A stretch of DNA of 64,000 bases, taken from assembly GCA_028286865.1 (NCBI GenBank), contig JAQBQU010000017.1, forward strand, positions 14,395 through 78,394. Reading direction: 5' to 3'. Source of the stretch: Candidatus Kaiserbacteria bacterium (GTDB lineage: Bacteria > Patescibacteriota > Minisyncoccia > Phycocordibacterales > UBA2100). Positions 1 to 7,649 of this stretch are shown here, one piece after another; the stretch's first letter is position 1; every line of letters begins with the position of its first letter. Position numbers and translations under genes: made by a program. The notes under the pieces were generated by a model. The model was not told the DNA's origin and made no database searches. It saw only the letters and a list, made by a program, of their open reading frames with translations.

Positions 1-411
1 CGGCATCATGAGCTTGAATGCGCGGCGATCGATGTCGCGGGCTCCGAAGGTGAGAAGTATCACACATGATGCGAGCAATATGATATCGATGAGTGCCACA
101 AATATCGCATGGTAGCCGAAGAAGAATATCGTCCATGCCGCGTTCAATAAGAGATGGACCAAAAAAAGAGGGACCCAGCCGCTGAAGTTTTTCGCGTGGG
201 GATCCTTTTCCCACACGATGATAAGTGCTGCTGCCATCGTCCCGTAGAGCACCATCCATACGATACCGAACGTCCAGCTCGGCGGATTGAACCAGGGCTT
301 CTGGAGCAGGTCGTACCAGGAGCCGACACCGCTGGAAACGAAGAGTGTACCGAGAAATCCGGTGCCGAAACAGGCGAGGAGTGATATACCGGCGCGGATC
401 AATCTGCGCAT
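1..411 (-). CDS. tspO: TspO/MBR tryptophan-rich sensory protein, partial (C-terminus beyond window start)
   Basis: Reverse-strand translation from ATG at 411..409 gives MRRLIRAGISLLACFGTGFLGTLFVSSGVGSWYDLLQKPWFNPPSWTFGIVWMVLYGTMAAALIIVW..., the characteristic TspO pattern (L.KP.W.PP.W.F..VW..LY). The frame is open to position 1 and was not in the supplied ORF track because it has no stop within the window. Confidence 0.75.
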   Translation of the reverse strand, partial: MRRLIRAGISLLACFGTGFLGTLFVSSGVGSWYDLLQKPWFNPPSWTFGIVWMVLYGTMAAALIIVWEKDPHAKNFSGWVPLFLVHLLLNAAWTIFFFGYHAIFVALIDIILLASCVILLTFGARDIDRRAFKLMMP

Positions 412-609
412 ATGTCTCAATAAGACCAAGCTATTGAGATCTGTCAAGCGGACCGGTCGCGCATCGTTTCTTTTGCGGTCAGGAATATTTTTCTTGCCGA
501 CGCAAGAAAAATTTCACGACTCTGGCTCGCGGTCCCGCAAGCTTGCGGGACATCACTCCGCCTTGCGCAAGTGCACAAAAACGCAAAGCAGTTTGCGTTT
601 TTGGCCTTG

Positions 610-683
610 TGCATCCTGCAGGACTCGAACCTGCGACCTTTCGAATGTGAATCGAACGCTCTAACCACCTGAGCTAAGGATGC
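610..683 (-). tRNA. tRNA-Val (anticodon CAC), 74 nt, no encoded CCA
   Basis: Reverse complement folds as a cloverleaf: acceptor GCATCCT/AGGATGC, D-arm GCTC/GAGC, anticodon arm TTCGA-TTCACAT-TCGAA, T-arm GCAGG-TTCGAGT-CCTGC, discriminator A. Confidence 0.85.
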
Positions 684-817
684 GCCATATCTCACACGAA
701 CCTCTATCTACGCGTTCCTCAGCTGCACTCGCATTCAAAGGCCCAGTGAGCTAAGGATGCGTAGGGCGAATTATTGCCCAAAAGCACACATGTCTCAAGC
801 TTGATATACTTCTGCCC

Positions 818-1774
818 ATGGAACCCGTCATTTTCAGCCTCGGAGCCAACGATCATCTGGCGGCACAGATCGCAGCGCGGGTAGGCGTGCCGCTCGGCGA
901 GATGAAGCGACGAACCTTCTCCGACGGGGAGGAGCAGATACAATTCTTGGAGAATCTGCGCGGCAAGAATGTCTTTCTGGTGCAGCCCACGAATCCGCCT
1001 GCCGAGAACTGGACGCGGCTTTTTCTTGCGATCGATGCGGCGCGCGGCGCTTCCGCTCATGAGATCACGGCGGTCATTCCGTATTTCGGCTATGCGCGGC
1101 AGGATCGCAAATCGAAACCGCGTGAGCCGATCTCGGCGCGCGTATTTGCGACCATTCTCGAGTCACTCGGCACCGATCGTGTGCTGACCATGGACTTGCA
1201 CAACGACGCCATCGGCGGGTTCTTCCGCACGACCAACGTCGATTATCTCTACGCGCGGCCGGTGCTGCTCGCACACTTCAAGAACATCTTCAAAGATGCG
1301 CTCGCTTCCGATGATCTCGTCGTGGTCTCTCCGGACGCCGGCGGGGTAGTGAGGGCACAATCCTATGCCAAGCGACTCATGAGATCCGCTGATCTCGCCA
1401 TCATCCATAAAGAGCGCGATATTCCCAATCAGATAGCGCGAATGAAGCTCATCGGTGACGTGAAGGGAAAGATAGCGCTCATAGTCGACGATATGGCCGA
1501 CACCTGCGGGACACTTTCGCGCGCGGCGACGTTGCTGATGGAGAACGGGGCTACCGAAGTCTATGCCACGACGACGCATGGCGTGCTTTCGGGCGCCTCC
1601 AACGAGACGATCGACGCTTCGCCCATCAAGAAACTTTTCATTACGGATACCATTTCGCCCGAGCGCACCCTCTCGGAGAAAATAGAGATCGTATCTGTCG
1701 CCAATGTCTTCGGCGACGCGATCAAGCGCATCGAAACAGGGGAATCGCTCAGCGCGCTCTTCGAGACCGAATAA
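818..1774 (+). CDS. prs: ribose-phosphate pyrophosphokinase (PRPP synthetase)
   Basis: 318 aa; PRPP synthetase architecture with a PRPP-binding loop (DDMADTCGT) and conserved flanks (ITAVIPYFGYARQDRK). Confidence 0.9.
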   Translation: MEPVIFSLGANDHLAAQIAARVGVPLGEMKRRTFSDGEEQIQFLENLRGKNVFLVQPTNPPAENWTRLFLAIDAARGASAHEITAVIPYFGYARQDRKSKPREPISARVFATILESLGTDRVLTMDLHNDAIGGFFRTTNVDYLYARPVLLAHFKNIFKDALASDDLVVVSPDAGGVVRAQSYAKRLMRSADLAIIHKERDIPNQIARMKLIGDVKGKIALIVDDMADTCGTLSRAATLLMENGATEVYATTTHGVLSGASNETIDASPIKKLFITDTISPERTLSEKIEIVSVANVFGDAIKRIETGESLSALFETE

Positions 1775-1826
1775 TTGCCGACCCCTTTTCCGTTCGATTC
1801 CGTCCTATCGGAAACGCTTAGCTTAT

Positions 1827-1898
1827 TCCTCCCGGCCGGAATCGAACCGACATCAATCCCTTCGGAGGGGACTATCCTATCCATTGAACGACGAGAGG
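1827..1898 (-). tRNA. tRNA-Arg (anticodon CCG), 72 nt
   Basis: Reverse complement CCTCTCG-TC-GTTC..GGAT-A-GTCCC-CTCCGAA-GGGAT-TGAT-GTCGG-TTCGATT-CCGGC-CGGGAGG-A. T-arm and anticodon arm are canonical; the D-stem needs two G-U pairs and position 1 is C. Confidence 0.65.
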
Positions 1899-2046
1899 TA
1901 GTGAGGGACAGAACGAATAGTACTTCATTCTTCCCGAGCGCCCCTCTCGAAAGCTTTGCTTAGGAGAGGTTTGGCTGCTATAGATGTGCCGTGTCCACGT
2001 AACAATCGCGACATAGGCGCGTCTATATCTCTGCTACTATATACCT

Positions 2047-2529
2047 ATGAACACAACGACCAAGACCACGACTCTCCTTGCACTGCTGATCGTACTCGTC
2101 ATCGCGGCGGGACTTCTCCTCTCGCTCTCCACCATCGCTCGGCAACAGCGCATCCTTTCTATCGGCTCATTCGAGGACTGCGCGCTCGCGGGGTATCCCA
2201 TCATGGAGTCCTCCCCGGAGCAGTGCCGCACGCCTGACGGCCGGACGTTCGTCAATTCTAAACAGGTTTCCACGAGCACCGATGTTCTCGCCCCGGCAGC
2301 ACCGCAACCGCGCGACTGTGTCATCGGCGGGTGCAGTTCCCAGCTCTGCGGGGAGCGCGGCGACGATCTTATATCGACCTGCATCTATAAAGCGGAGTAC
2401 GCGTGTTACAAACAGTTCTCCGCGTGCGAACGCCAAGCTGACGGTAAGTGCGATTGGACACCGACCCCTCAGCTTTCGCGTTGCATCGCGAATCCTCCCG
2501 CAACATCCGCTCCCAGCACCGTTTACTAA
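2047..2529 (+). CDS. membrane-anchored cysteine-rich small protein (8 Cys in extracytoplasmic part), hypothetical
   Basis: 160 aa; N-terminal TM anchor (LLALLIVLVIAAGLLL) followed by a Cys-rich stretch (CVIGGCSSQLCGE...CIYKAEYACYKQFSACERQADGKCDW). ATG lies 4 nt after a TATATA box, so the start is leaderless-type. GC3-rich. Confidence 0.55.
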   Translation: MNTTTKTTTLLALLIVLVIAAGLLLSLSTIARQQRILSIGSFEDCALAGYPIMESSPEQCRTPDGRTFVNSKQVSTSTDVLAPAAPQPRDCVIGGCSSQLCGERGDDLISTCIYKAEYACYKQFSACERQADGKCDWTPTPQLSRCIANPPATSAPSTVY

Positions 2530-2556
2530 CGCCCCGTGAGGGAGCATACTTTCTGC

Positions 2557-2880
2557 ATGGAGCTTATTCTTTCAGGCATGGCGGCCAGTAGTGGCATTGC
2601 AGAAGGTACTGTTCGAGTTATATCCAGATACGCTCCCAATGCTGATTTTCAGGAAGGAGAGATCCTCGTTACCGAGATGACGGAGCCTGCCATGGTCGCG
2701 ATGATGAATAAGGCGGCCGCTATCGTCACTGATGTCGGTGGGATCACTTCACATGCAGCGATCATCTCTCGTGAACTGGGAGTGCCATGCGTCACCGCGA
2801 CGCGATCAGGCACCGCTACTCTCAAGGACGGCATGAAAGTGCGTGTGGACGGAACGAAAGGCGAAGTGTATTTGATCTGA
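2557..2880 (+). CDS. stand-alone PEP-utilizing-enzyme mobile (phosphohistidine swivel) domain protein
   Basis: About 107 aa (MELILSGMAASSGIAEGTVRVI...VTDVGGITSHAAIISRELGVPCV). The GGxTSHAAIxxRExGxP motif matches the His-domain of PEP synthase/PPDK/rifampin-phosphotransferase-type enzymes. GAGGGAG sits upstream; an alternative GTG start is at 2536. The stop overlaps the next gene's ATG (TGATATG). Confidence 0.7.
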   Translation: MELILSGMAASSGIAEGTVRVISRYAPNADFQEGEILVTEMTEPAMVAMMNKAAAIVTDVGGITSHAAIISRELGVPCVTATRSGTATLKDGMKVRVDGTKGEVYLI

Positions 2881-2881
2881 T

Positions 2882-3961
2882 ATGAAAACGTATCCCGAGT
2901 GGATCGACGAATACGCGCGGATGATACATATGTCCTTCTCGCATATGGTGCCGTCGAGCTGGCATCCCGATGGCTTTGCCGTCCTGCGATTCCTCAACGG
3001 ATCCTTTTTAAAGAAGCTGCATGCTGGGGTAAGGGAACTCCGTGCGCGGCAGATCCCGCTTGAAACCGTCGGTGCAGGATTTCAGCCGTCGAGCCTTCGT
3101 GCGGCCATATATTTTTCAATGCTTGAATATCAGCACTCGCTGCCGAAAGATAAGGCGGCATATAAAGAGATCATAGAGTATCTGGTGAGTGTTCTGAACA
3201 CTGTGATGAAAGAGGATGTATGGGCGTATTCCCGCAACATCGCTCACTCCGCGCATGAGATCAGCGAGATGGTCACGGAGACGCCTTGGAAGAAAGGCGA
3301 CCCGCAGTCGGCCCGGGAGCTCGGGCTTCTGTACAATTCGACGTCTTCGCTGGTGTATTCGCTCTATCACGACTTTTTTCCGCAAGATGCATGCGATGTC
3401 TTCGGCCCCTATGATGTTTCCGCCACACACGGCGAGGGGGCGATACTTCTGGTAAAGAAATTCGTAAAATTGCGACCGGTCGGAGTGTGGTCGGATCTGA
3501 AGAATCAAAAGTATTCCACGATCGAGATCCGGCAGATCTATCAGAATGTCTCGTTCAAGTGCGAGTTCGTCGCAATGCACACCATGTACGAAGGAGATCT
3601 TCGGCAAGGATTGCGTGCATACGCCGTTAAGGTTGACGATACGTGGCTCGAAGACATCGAGGATGTTCGAAACGTGCGTGACGAAGTGACGGTCTTTGCA
3701 CAGGAGCAGGCTAAGGTCCGTGCTCAGCTGACGATACAAGAGATAGGCTACAAGTTCCTCGACCTGCTCTGTTATCAGTACGCCAACTTATTTGAGCTTG
3801 CGGGCATGGATTGGCGTCCTACGGCCGAAATGAAAGATTCGCTCGCGGGCAAAGAGCTTCCGGAGAAGGTGGTCATCGAATCACTTCCCCCGTATGAAGA
3901 GTACGTAGCATCCGCCGACAATGAAGTGTATTGGCTGAAGGATCTGTATACGACCCAATAA
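2882..3961 (+). CDS. hypothetical protein (359 aa), translationally coupled to the swivel-domain gene
   Basis: Long GC3-biased ORF with a 1-nt spacer from the upstream stop. No recognisable motif. A rho-independent terminator follows. Confidence 0.6.
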   Translation: MKTYPEWIDEYARMIHMSFSHMVPSSWHPDGFAVLRFLNGSFLKKLHAGVRELRARQIPLETVGAGFQPSSLRAAIYFSMLEYQHSLPKDKAAYKEIIEYLVSVLNTVMKEDVWAYSRNIAHSAHEISEMVTETPWKKGDPQSARELGLLYNSTSSLVYSLYHDFFPQDACDVFGPYDVSATHGEGAILLVKKFVKLRPVGVWSDLKNQKYSTIEIRQIYQNVSFKCEFVAMHTMYEGDLRQGLRAYAVKVDDTWLEDIEDVRNVRDEVTVFAQEQAKVRAQLTIQEIGYKFLDLLCYQYANLFELAGMDWRPTAEMKDSLAGKELPEKVVIESLPPYEEYVASADNEVYWLKDLYTTQ

Positions 3962-3990
3962 AAAAGCCCGGCGCATTGCGCCGGGCTCTG
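3961..3990. terminator. bidirectional rho-independent terminator (GCCCGGCGC-ATT-GCGCCGGGC)
   Basis: Perfect 9-bp GC stem flanked by an A-run upstream and a T-rich tract downstream, between convergent genes. Confidence 0.7.
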
Positions 3991-4006
3991 TGCATTCGTG
4001 GTGCGA

Positions 4007-4402
4007 CTATTTGTCGCGGATCTGCTTCATCTCGAAAGCCGACAGGTTGATCCACATCTCTTTGCAGAACTCATCGAGGGCGATGAGATCCGGGCGGGCA
4101 ACCGGTTTGTTGCCCGCTACCGTTTCGAGCATTTCAGCCTTCTTGATCAAAAACTCGCAGAGTTCCGGATCAGTCCAGCGACCGTGATGCGGGTAAAAGG
4201 AGAGCATCACTTTATCGACAACTTCGGTGAGCTTGTCGCTCATTGCGTCAGCATGCTGCGGGGCAAGGCGAGCGATCTCTCGCAGAGCCGCAGCTGACTC
4301 ACGTAATGCGCTTGGCTCCCAGTCTTCGTTGCGGCTGCGAAATCCAAGATTCAGTGTTGCTGTCTTGAATAGCTCCGCTTTCAGCAGATCGTTCAGTGCC
4401 AC
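4007..4402 (-). CDS. hypothetical protein (about 131 aa)
   Basis: A GTG start is preceded by GGAGGA at 5-nt spacing (reverse strand ggaggataccGTG). The longer track ORF 4007..4555 would overlap tRNA-Ala, so it was trimmed. GC3-biased. Confidence 0.45.
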   Translation of the reverse strand: MALNDLLKAELFKTATLNLGFRSRNEDWEPSALRESAAALREIARLAPQHADAMSDKLTEVVDKVMLSFYPHHGRWTDPELCEFLIKKAEMLETVAGNKPVARPDLIALDEFCKEMWINLSAFEMKQIRDK

Positions 4403-4518
4403 ACGGTATCCTCCAAATAGGTAAGCTGAGTAGTTTATAACAGCAAAAAAATATATTGTCAATAAATCTTTCAACCAGCACGAGAGTTTGATAGGATACG
4501 CGGACAAGCATTCAGAAC

Positions 4519-4589
4519 GGGCCCATAGTAAAGTGGTATTACGCGTCCATGGCATGGACGAGTGCGGGGTTCGATTCCCCGTGGGTCCA
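4519..4589 (+). tRNA. tRNA-Ala (anticodon GGC), 71 nt
   Basis: GGGCCCA-TA-GTAA-AGTGGTA-TTAC-G-CGTCC-ATGGCAT-GGACG-AGTG-CGGGG-TTCGATT-CCCCG-TGGGTCC-A. The G3:U70 Ala identity pair is present. Confidence 0.85.
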
Positions 4590-4880
4590 CAAAACGCACA
4601 GAAACCTGCTTGAAGCAGGTTTTGTGGTTTTGTGGAAAGCGGAACGATGCCGAGCCAGTGGGCGAGGCCGTGAGCTAGGGTCGTGAAATTTTCCTTGCGA
4701 CGGCAAGGAAAATATTCCTGACCACAAGGTGGAAGCCGTAGCGTTCAGTGGAGGTCGGAGCAGCTTGGCTGCGAGGCGGGGTCGCGCAAATTTGCAGCAG
4801 CAAATTATGTGTGACCACAGCAACAGAAAGACCTGCTTGAAGCAGGTTTTCTGCTTTTGTGGAAAGCGGAACGATGTCGA
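4590..4880 (+). repeat. tRNA-linked modular repeat region
   Basis: Two direct copies of a terminator-like module (ACCTGCTTGAAGCAGGT hairpin + T-rich tail + GTGGAAAGCGGAACGATG) at about 4596-4650 and 4818-4876. They flank a 10-bp hairpin module (GTCGTGAAATTTTCCTTGC-GACG-GCAAGGAAAATATTCCTGACC, about 4676-4724) and a module GGAGCAGCTTGGCTGCGAGGCGGGGTCGCGCAAATTTGCAGCAGCAAATTATGTGTGACC (about 4756-4818). Inverted or partial copies occur at 474-525 and 12221-12285. Confidence 0.7.
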
Positions 4881-5245
4881 GTCGTAGCAAGTGCTACCAT
4901 ATGCTCATGACCGAGAAAATGGGCCGAGAATCGATGAGTGCTGAAAAGCGGACCGCGCTTGCGGTTTTGGGCAGGCGATTAGAGCGCTGGGATATTCTCT
5001 ACGACCTCTCGCTACCTATAGAAGAGCGGAAGCATCGATTAATGCTCGATATTCAGAGCGAACTCAATTCATTGGACGCCATTGACGATGAGGATCAGGA
5101 TATGGACGTAGAGATGGACGAGCTCATTGCCGAGTTGGAGCAGCTCGAAGAACTTGAGAATGATGAGACGGCGGCAGAGGAACTCCGCTCAGAAAGAAAG
5201 GCGCACTACTCGGACCTGATTGATGCATTAGCCTTGGCGGGCTGA
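4874..5245 (+). CDS. acidic coiled-coil hypothetical protein (about 123 aa)
   Basis: The ATG sits inside the second copy of the repeat (GGAAAGCGGAACGATG). The protein is rich in D/E with heptad-like LEELE stretches. A GTG at 4859 is an alternative start. Confidence 0.5.
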   Translation: MSSRSKCYHMLMTEKMGRESMSAEKRTALAVLGRRLERWDILYDLSLPIEERKHRLMLDIQSELNSLDAIDDEDQDMDVEMDELIAELEQLEELENDETAAEELRSERKAHYSDLIDALALAG

Positions 5246-5310
5246 GATAGCGACCCAGATACGAGAGCTTCTTTCCGAAAAAGTGTAGGAACTCCATATT
5301 ATGTAATGTA

Positions 5311-5341
5311 GAAAAGGCGGCCGAAATGGCCGCCTTTTTTA
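5311..5341. terminator. rho-independent terminator (GGCGGCC-GAAAT-GGCCGCC + TTTTTT)
   Basis: 7-bp GC stem plus a U-tract, between convergent genes. Confidence 0.7.
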
Positions 5342-5369
5342 TAGAGAGCCGCGAGGTCGGCTCGAATTG

Positions 5370-5631
5370 TCATCCCCGATATTCCGTCCTTTCTCCAATG
5401 TGCAGTATCGAGTGCGTTTTGGTGCCCGGCGATTCGCCGATAACTGTCAGACCGTGATGCTGAACGATGCGCTCAGCACATTTGATCGAACAATAATCGT
5501 GAACTCCGTTGCCGTCGATTATGTATCGCATCTTGCCGGCCCAAAGCGGACAGATATGAATGTCGCATTCCGGCATGCTGCTTTTCTTGCGCGGGTGATC
5601 AAGATCAAGGCTTAGCTGGCGCTCTGCCATT
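5370..5631 (-). CDS. small zinc-ribbon-like hypothetical protein (about 86 aa)
   Basis: Start MAERQ is preceded by GGAG (ggagaaaaacaATG). Cysteine pairs CDIHIC and CSIKC are present. The longer track ORF was trimmed to the RBS-supported start. Confidence 0.45.
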
Positions 5632-5790
5632 GTTTTTCTCCCATTCCATTCTGAGCCTACATTTTTACTGCGGACCTGGCTAGTCCCGGCCCTTTTAGAC
5701 ACAGATGTTCGTGTGGATAACTGTGAGCGCGTGGGGTATAGTGGTATATACTCTATTGCAGTGGGAGAAAGTGGGAAATCGTACAAGTTT

Positions 5791-6225
5791 ATGTTTATCG
5801 GAGAATACGAACACAGTCTCGACGACAAGAAGCGGATATCACTTCCGAAGGCCTTTCGCACGGGCCTTGGATCAAAAGTAGTGATGACGCGAGGTCTCGA
5901 TAATTGTCTGTTCGTCTATTCACAGAAAGCGTGGGAGAAGGTCGCCGAGAAGCTCTCGGACCTCTCGTTCGCCCAGGCCGATACGCGTGGCTTCAACCGA
6001 TTCATTCTTTCGGGAGCGGTGGAGGTGGAGGTCGACGGTGCAGGACGAATCCTGATACCGGACCATCAGAAGGATTTCGCAGGACTCAAGAAAAATGTCG
6101 TTTTCGCCGGAGTATCGGACCGAGTCGAGGTCTGGGATGCCGCGCGATGGAACACCTACAAAGCCCGGATCGAAAAAAACGCCGACGCACTCGCCGAGAA
6201 ACTCGGAGAGATCGGAGCACTCTAG
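5791..6225 (+). CDS. mraZ: transcriptional regulator MraZ
   Basis: MFIGEYEHSLDDKKRISLPKAFR... shows the duplicated MraZ/SpoVT-AbrB-like halves (second half DGAGRILIPDHQKDFAGL). It is the first gene of the dcw cluster. The upstream in-frame extension to 5713 is judged non-coding. Confidence 0.85.
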   Translation: MFIGEYEHSLDDKKRISLPKAFRTGLGSKVVMTRGLDNCLFVYSQKAWEKVAEKLSDLSFAQADTRGFNRFILSGAVEVEVDGAGRILIPDHQKDFAGLKKNVVFAGVSDRVEVWDAARWNTYKARIEKNADALAEKLGEIGAL

Positions 6226-6264
6226 TGCCACGGGATCGTTGGAGGACTTATTTCACAAATCGTC

Positions 6265-7242
6265 ATGCGCACACGACGCTCACAGTCTTCCAACGATTCG
6301 ATGCCATCAGAGGGTCTGCCACAACAGACCGGCTCGCCCGCACAGGGGCATCGAACAGTTCTTTTACACGAATCGGTCGATTCACTCGACATTCAACCTA
6401 CTGACATCGTGGTCGATGCAACGCTCGGAGGAGCGGGGCACTCGAAACTCATCATGACCCGTTTGGGAAAGGAGGGGACGCTCATCGGCTTTGATGCCGA
6501 TAGCGATGCGATAGAGCGGGGCAAGAGCGCACTTTTAGATACACCAGCATCCGTCCGTTTTGCGAACGCGAATTTCCGCCAGATAAAAGGGGAACTCGAA
6601 CACCTAGGATTAGGACGGATCAATAAAGCGCTTTTCGACCTCGGCTGGAGCTCGTTCCAGCTTTCCGCCGGCAGAGGATTCTCATTCCTATCTGATGAGC
6701 CGCTCTCAATGGCATATGCAAATTCGCCAGCTGGCGAAAGTGCGCTTACCGCAGAGACGATCGTGAATGAATGGAGTGAGGAATCGATCGCAGATGTGAT
6801 ATTCGGCTGGGGCGAGGAGCGCTATTCGCGCCGTATTGCCAAGCGCATCGTCGAAGAGCGATCTGTCAGACCGATCAAGACCGCGCGAGAGCTGGGCGAC
6901 CTTGTGAAAGCGGCGGTGCCGAGCGCCTATCGATACGGGCGCATTCATCCGGCGACCAAGACCTTCCAGGCACTGCGCATTGCGGTCAACGACGAGCTAG
7001 GCGCGCTCACCGAAGCACTCAAGGCTACATGGCAGATACTCGAGCCGGGAGGACGCATTGCCGTCATTTCGTTCCACTCTATCGAAGACCGACTCGTGAA
7101 GCAGCAATTTGCCGCCTGGGTCGCAGACGGCAGCGGTGAAAAGATCACGAAGAAGCCCATCACTCCCTCGACCGAAGAAGTCGCGTCCAATCCGCGCTCA
7201 CGAAGCGCAAAACTGAGAGTCATACAAAAAATAACTATTTAA
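6265..7242 (+). CDS. rsmH: 16S rRNA (cytosine1402-N4)-methyltransferase RsmH/MraW
   Basis: VDATLGGAGHS SAM-binding motif and the DLGWSSFQL motif, in conserved dcw position after mraZ. The start may be at ATG 6301. Confidence 0.85.
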   Translation: MRTRRSQSSNDSMPSEGLPQQTGSPAQGHRTVLLHESVDSLDIQPTDIVVDATLGGAGHSKLIMTRLGKEGTLIGFDADSDAIERGKSALLDTPASVRFANANFRQIKGELEHLGLGRINKALFDLGWSSFQLSAGRGFSFLSDEPLSMAYANSPAGESALTAETIVNEWSEESIADVIFGWGEERYSRRIAKRIVEERSVRPIKTARELGDLVKAAVPSAYRYGRIHPATKTFQALRIAVNDELGALTEALKATWQILEPGGRIAVISFHSIEDRLVKQQFAAWVADGSGEKITKKPITPSTEEVASNPRSRSAKLRVIQKITI

Positions 7243-7244
7243 AT

Positions 7245-7637
7245 ATGAGCCATAAGATCAGCAAGTACACACCATCGATCTTCCAGGGAACCCTGGAGCT
7301 CTCGCGTGCCCGCGGTATCACGCTCTCCTCCGAGCACCCGCTCGAGCAGGTGATCACCAAGGTGCTTTTCATAACGCTCGCGGTCCTTTTGGCCGGCTAT
7401 ATCTATTTTGTCGGCTCATCGGTCATGAATATCATCGCGCGCAAGGAAGCCGATGCGCAGACGACCCAGATCCAAAGCTCGATCGCGGTGCTTGAACAGC
7501 AGTATTTTGCGGTCGGCCAGTCGGTCAGCCCGGAGAAGCAGGCGAGTCTCGGCCTTTCACCGATCTCGAACACCGATTACGTGTACCGCCCGGGTAATGC
7601 CGCCTCGGCCGGCACTATCGCAAGCAACGCCATCTAA
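7245..7637 (+). CDS. cell division protein FtsL-like (single TM + coiled coil)
   Basis: 130 aa with one TM helix (VLFITLAVLLAGYIYFV) then a helical region, sitting between rsmH and ftsI. Confidence 0.6.
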   Translation: MSHKISKYTPSIFQGTLELSRARGITLSSEHPLEQVITKVLFITLAVLLAGYIYFVGSSVMNIIARKEADAQTTQIQSSIAVLEQQYFAVGQSVSPEKQASLGLSPISNTDYVYRPGNAASAGTIASNAI

Positions 7638-7649
7638 AACTGGCTTATA

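Noticed and set aside
3998-4297. The 99-aa plus-strand ORF overlapping the 4007..4402 minus gene.
   Set aside because: It begins inside the bidirectional terminator, has no SD, and has weaker GC3 bias. The convergent arrangement favours the minus-strand gene, though this call remains uncertain.
4007-4555. The 182-aa version of the minus-strand ORF.
   Set aside because: Its 5' part overlaps tRNA-Ala (4519..4589). A GTG with a GGAGGA SD at 4402 gives a shorter gene that clears the tRNA.
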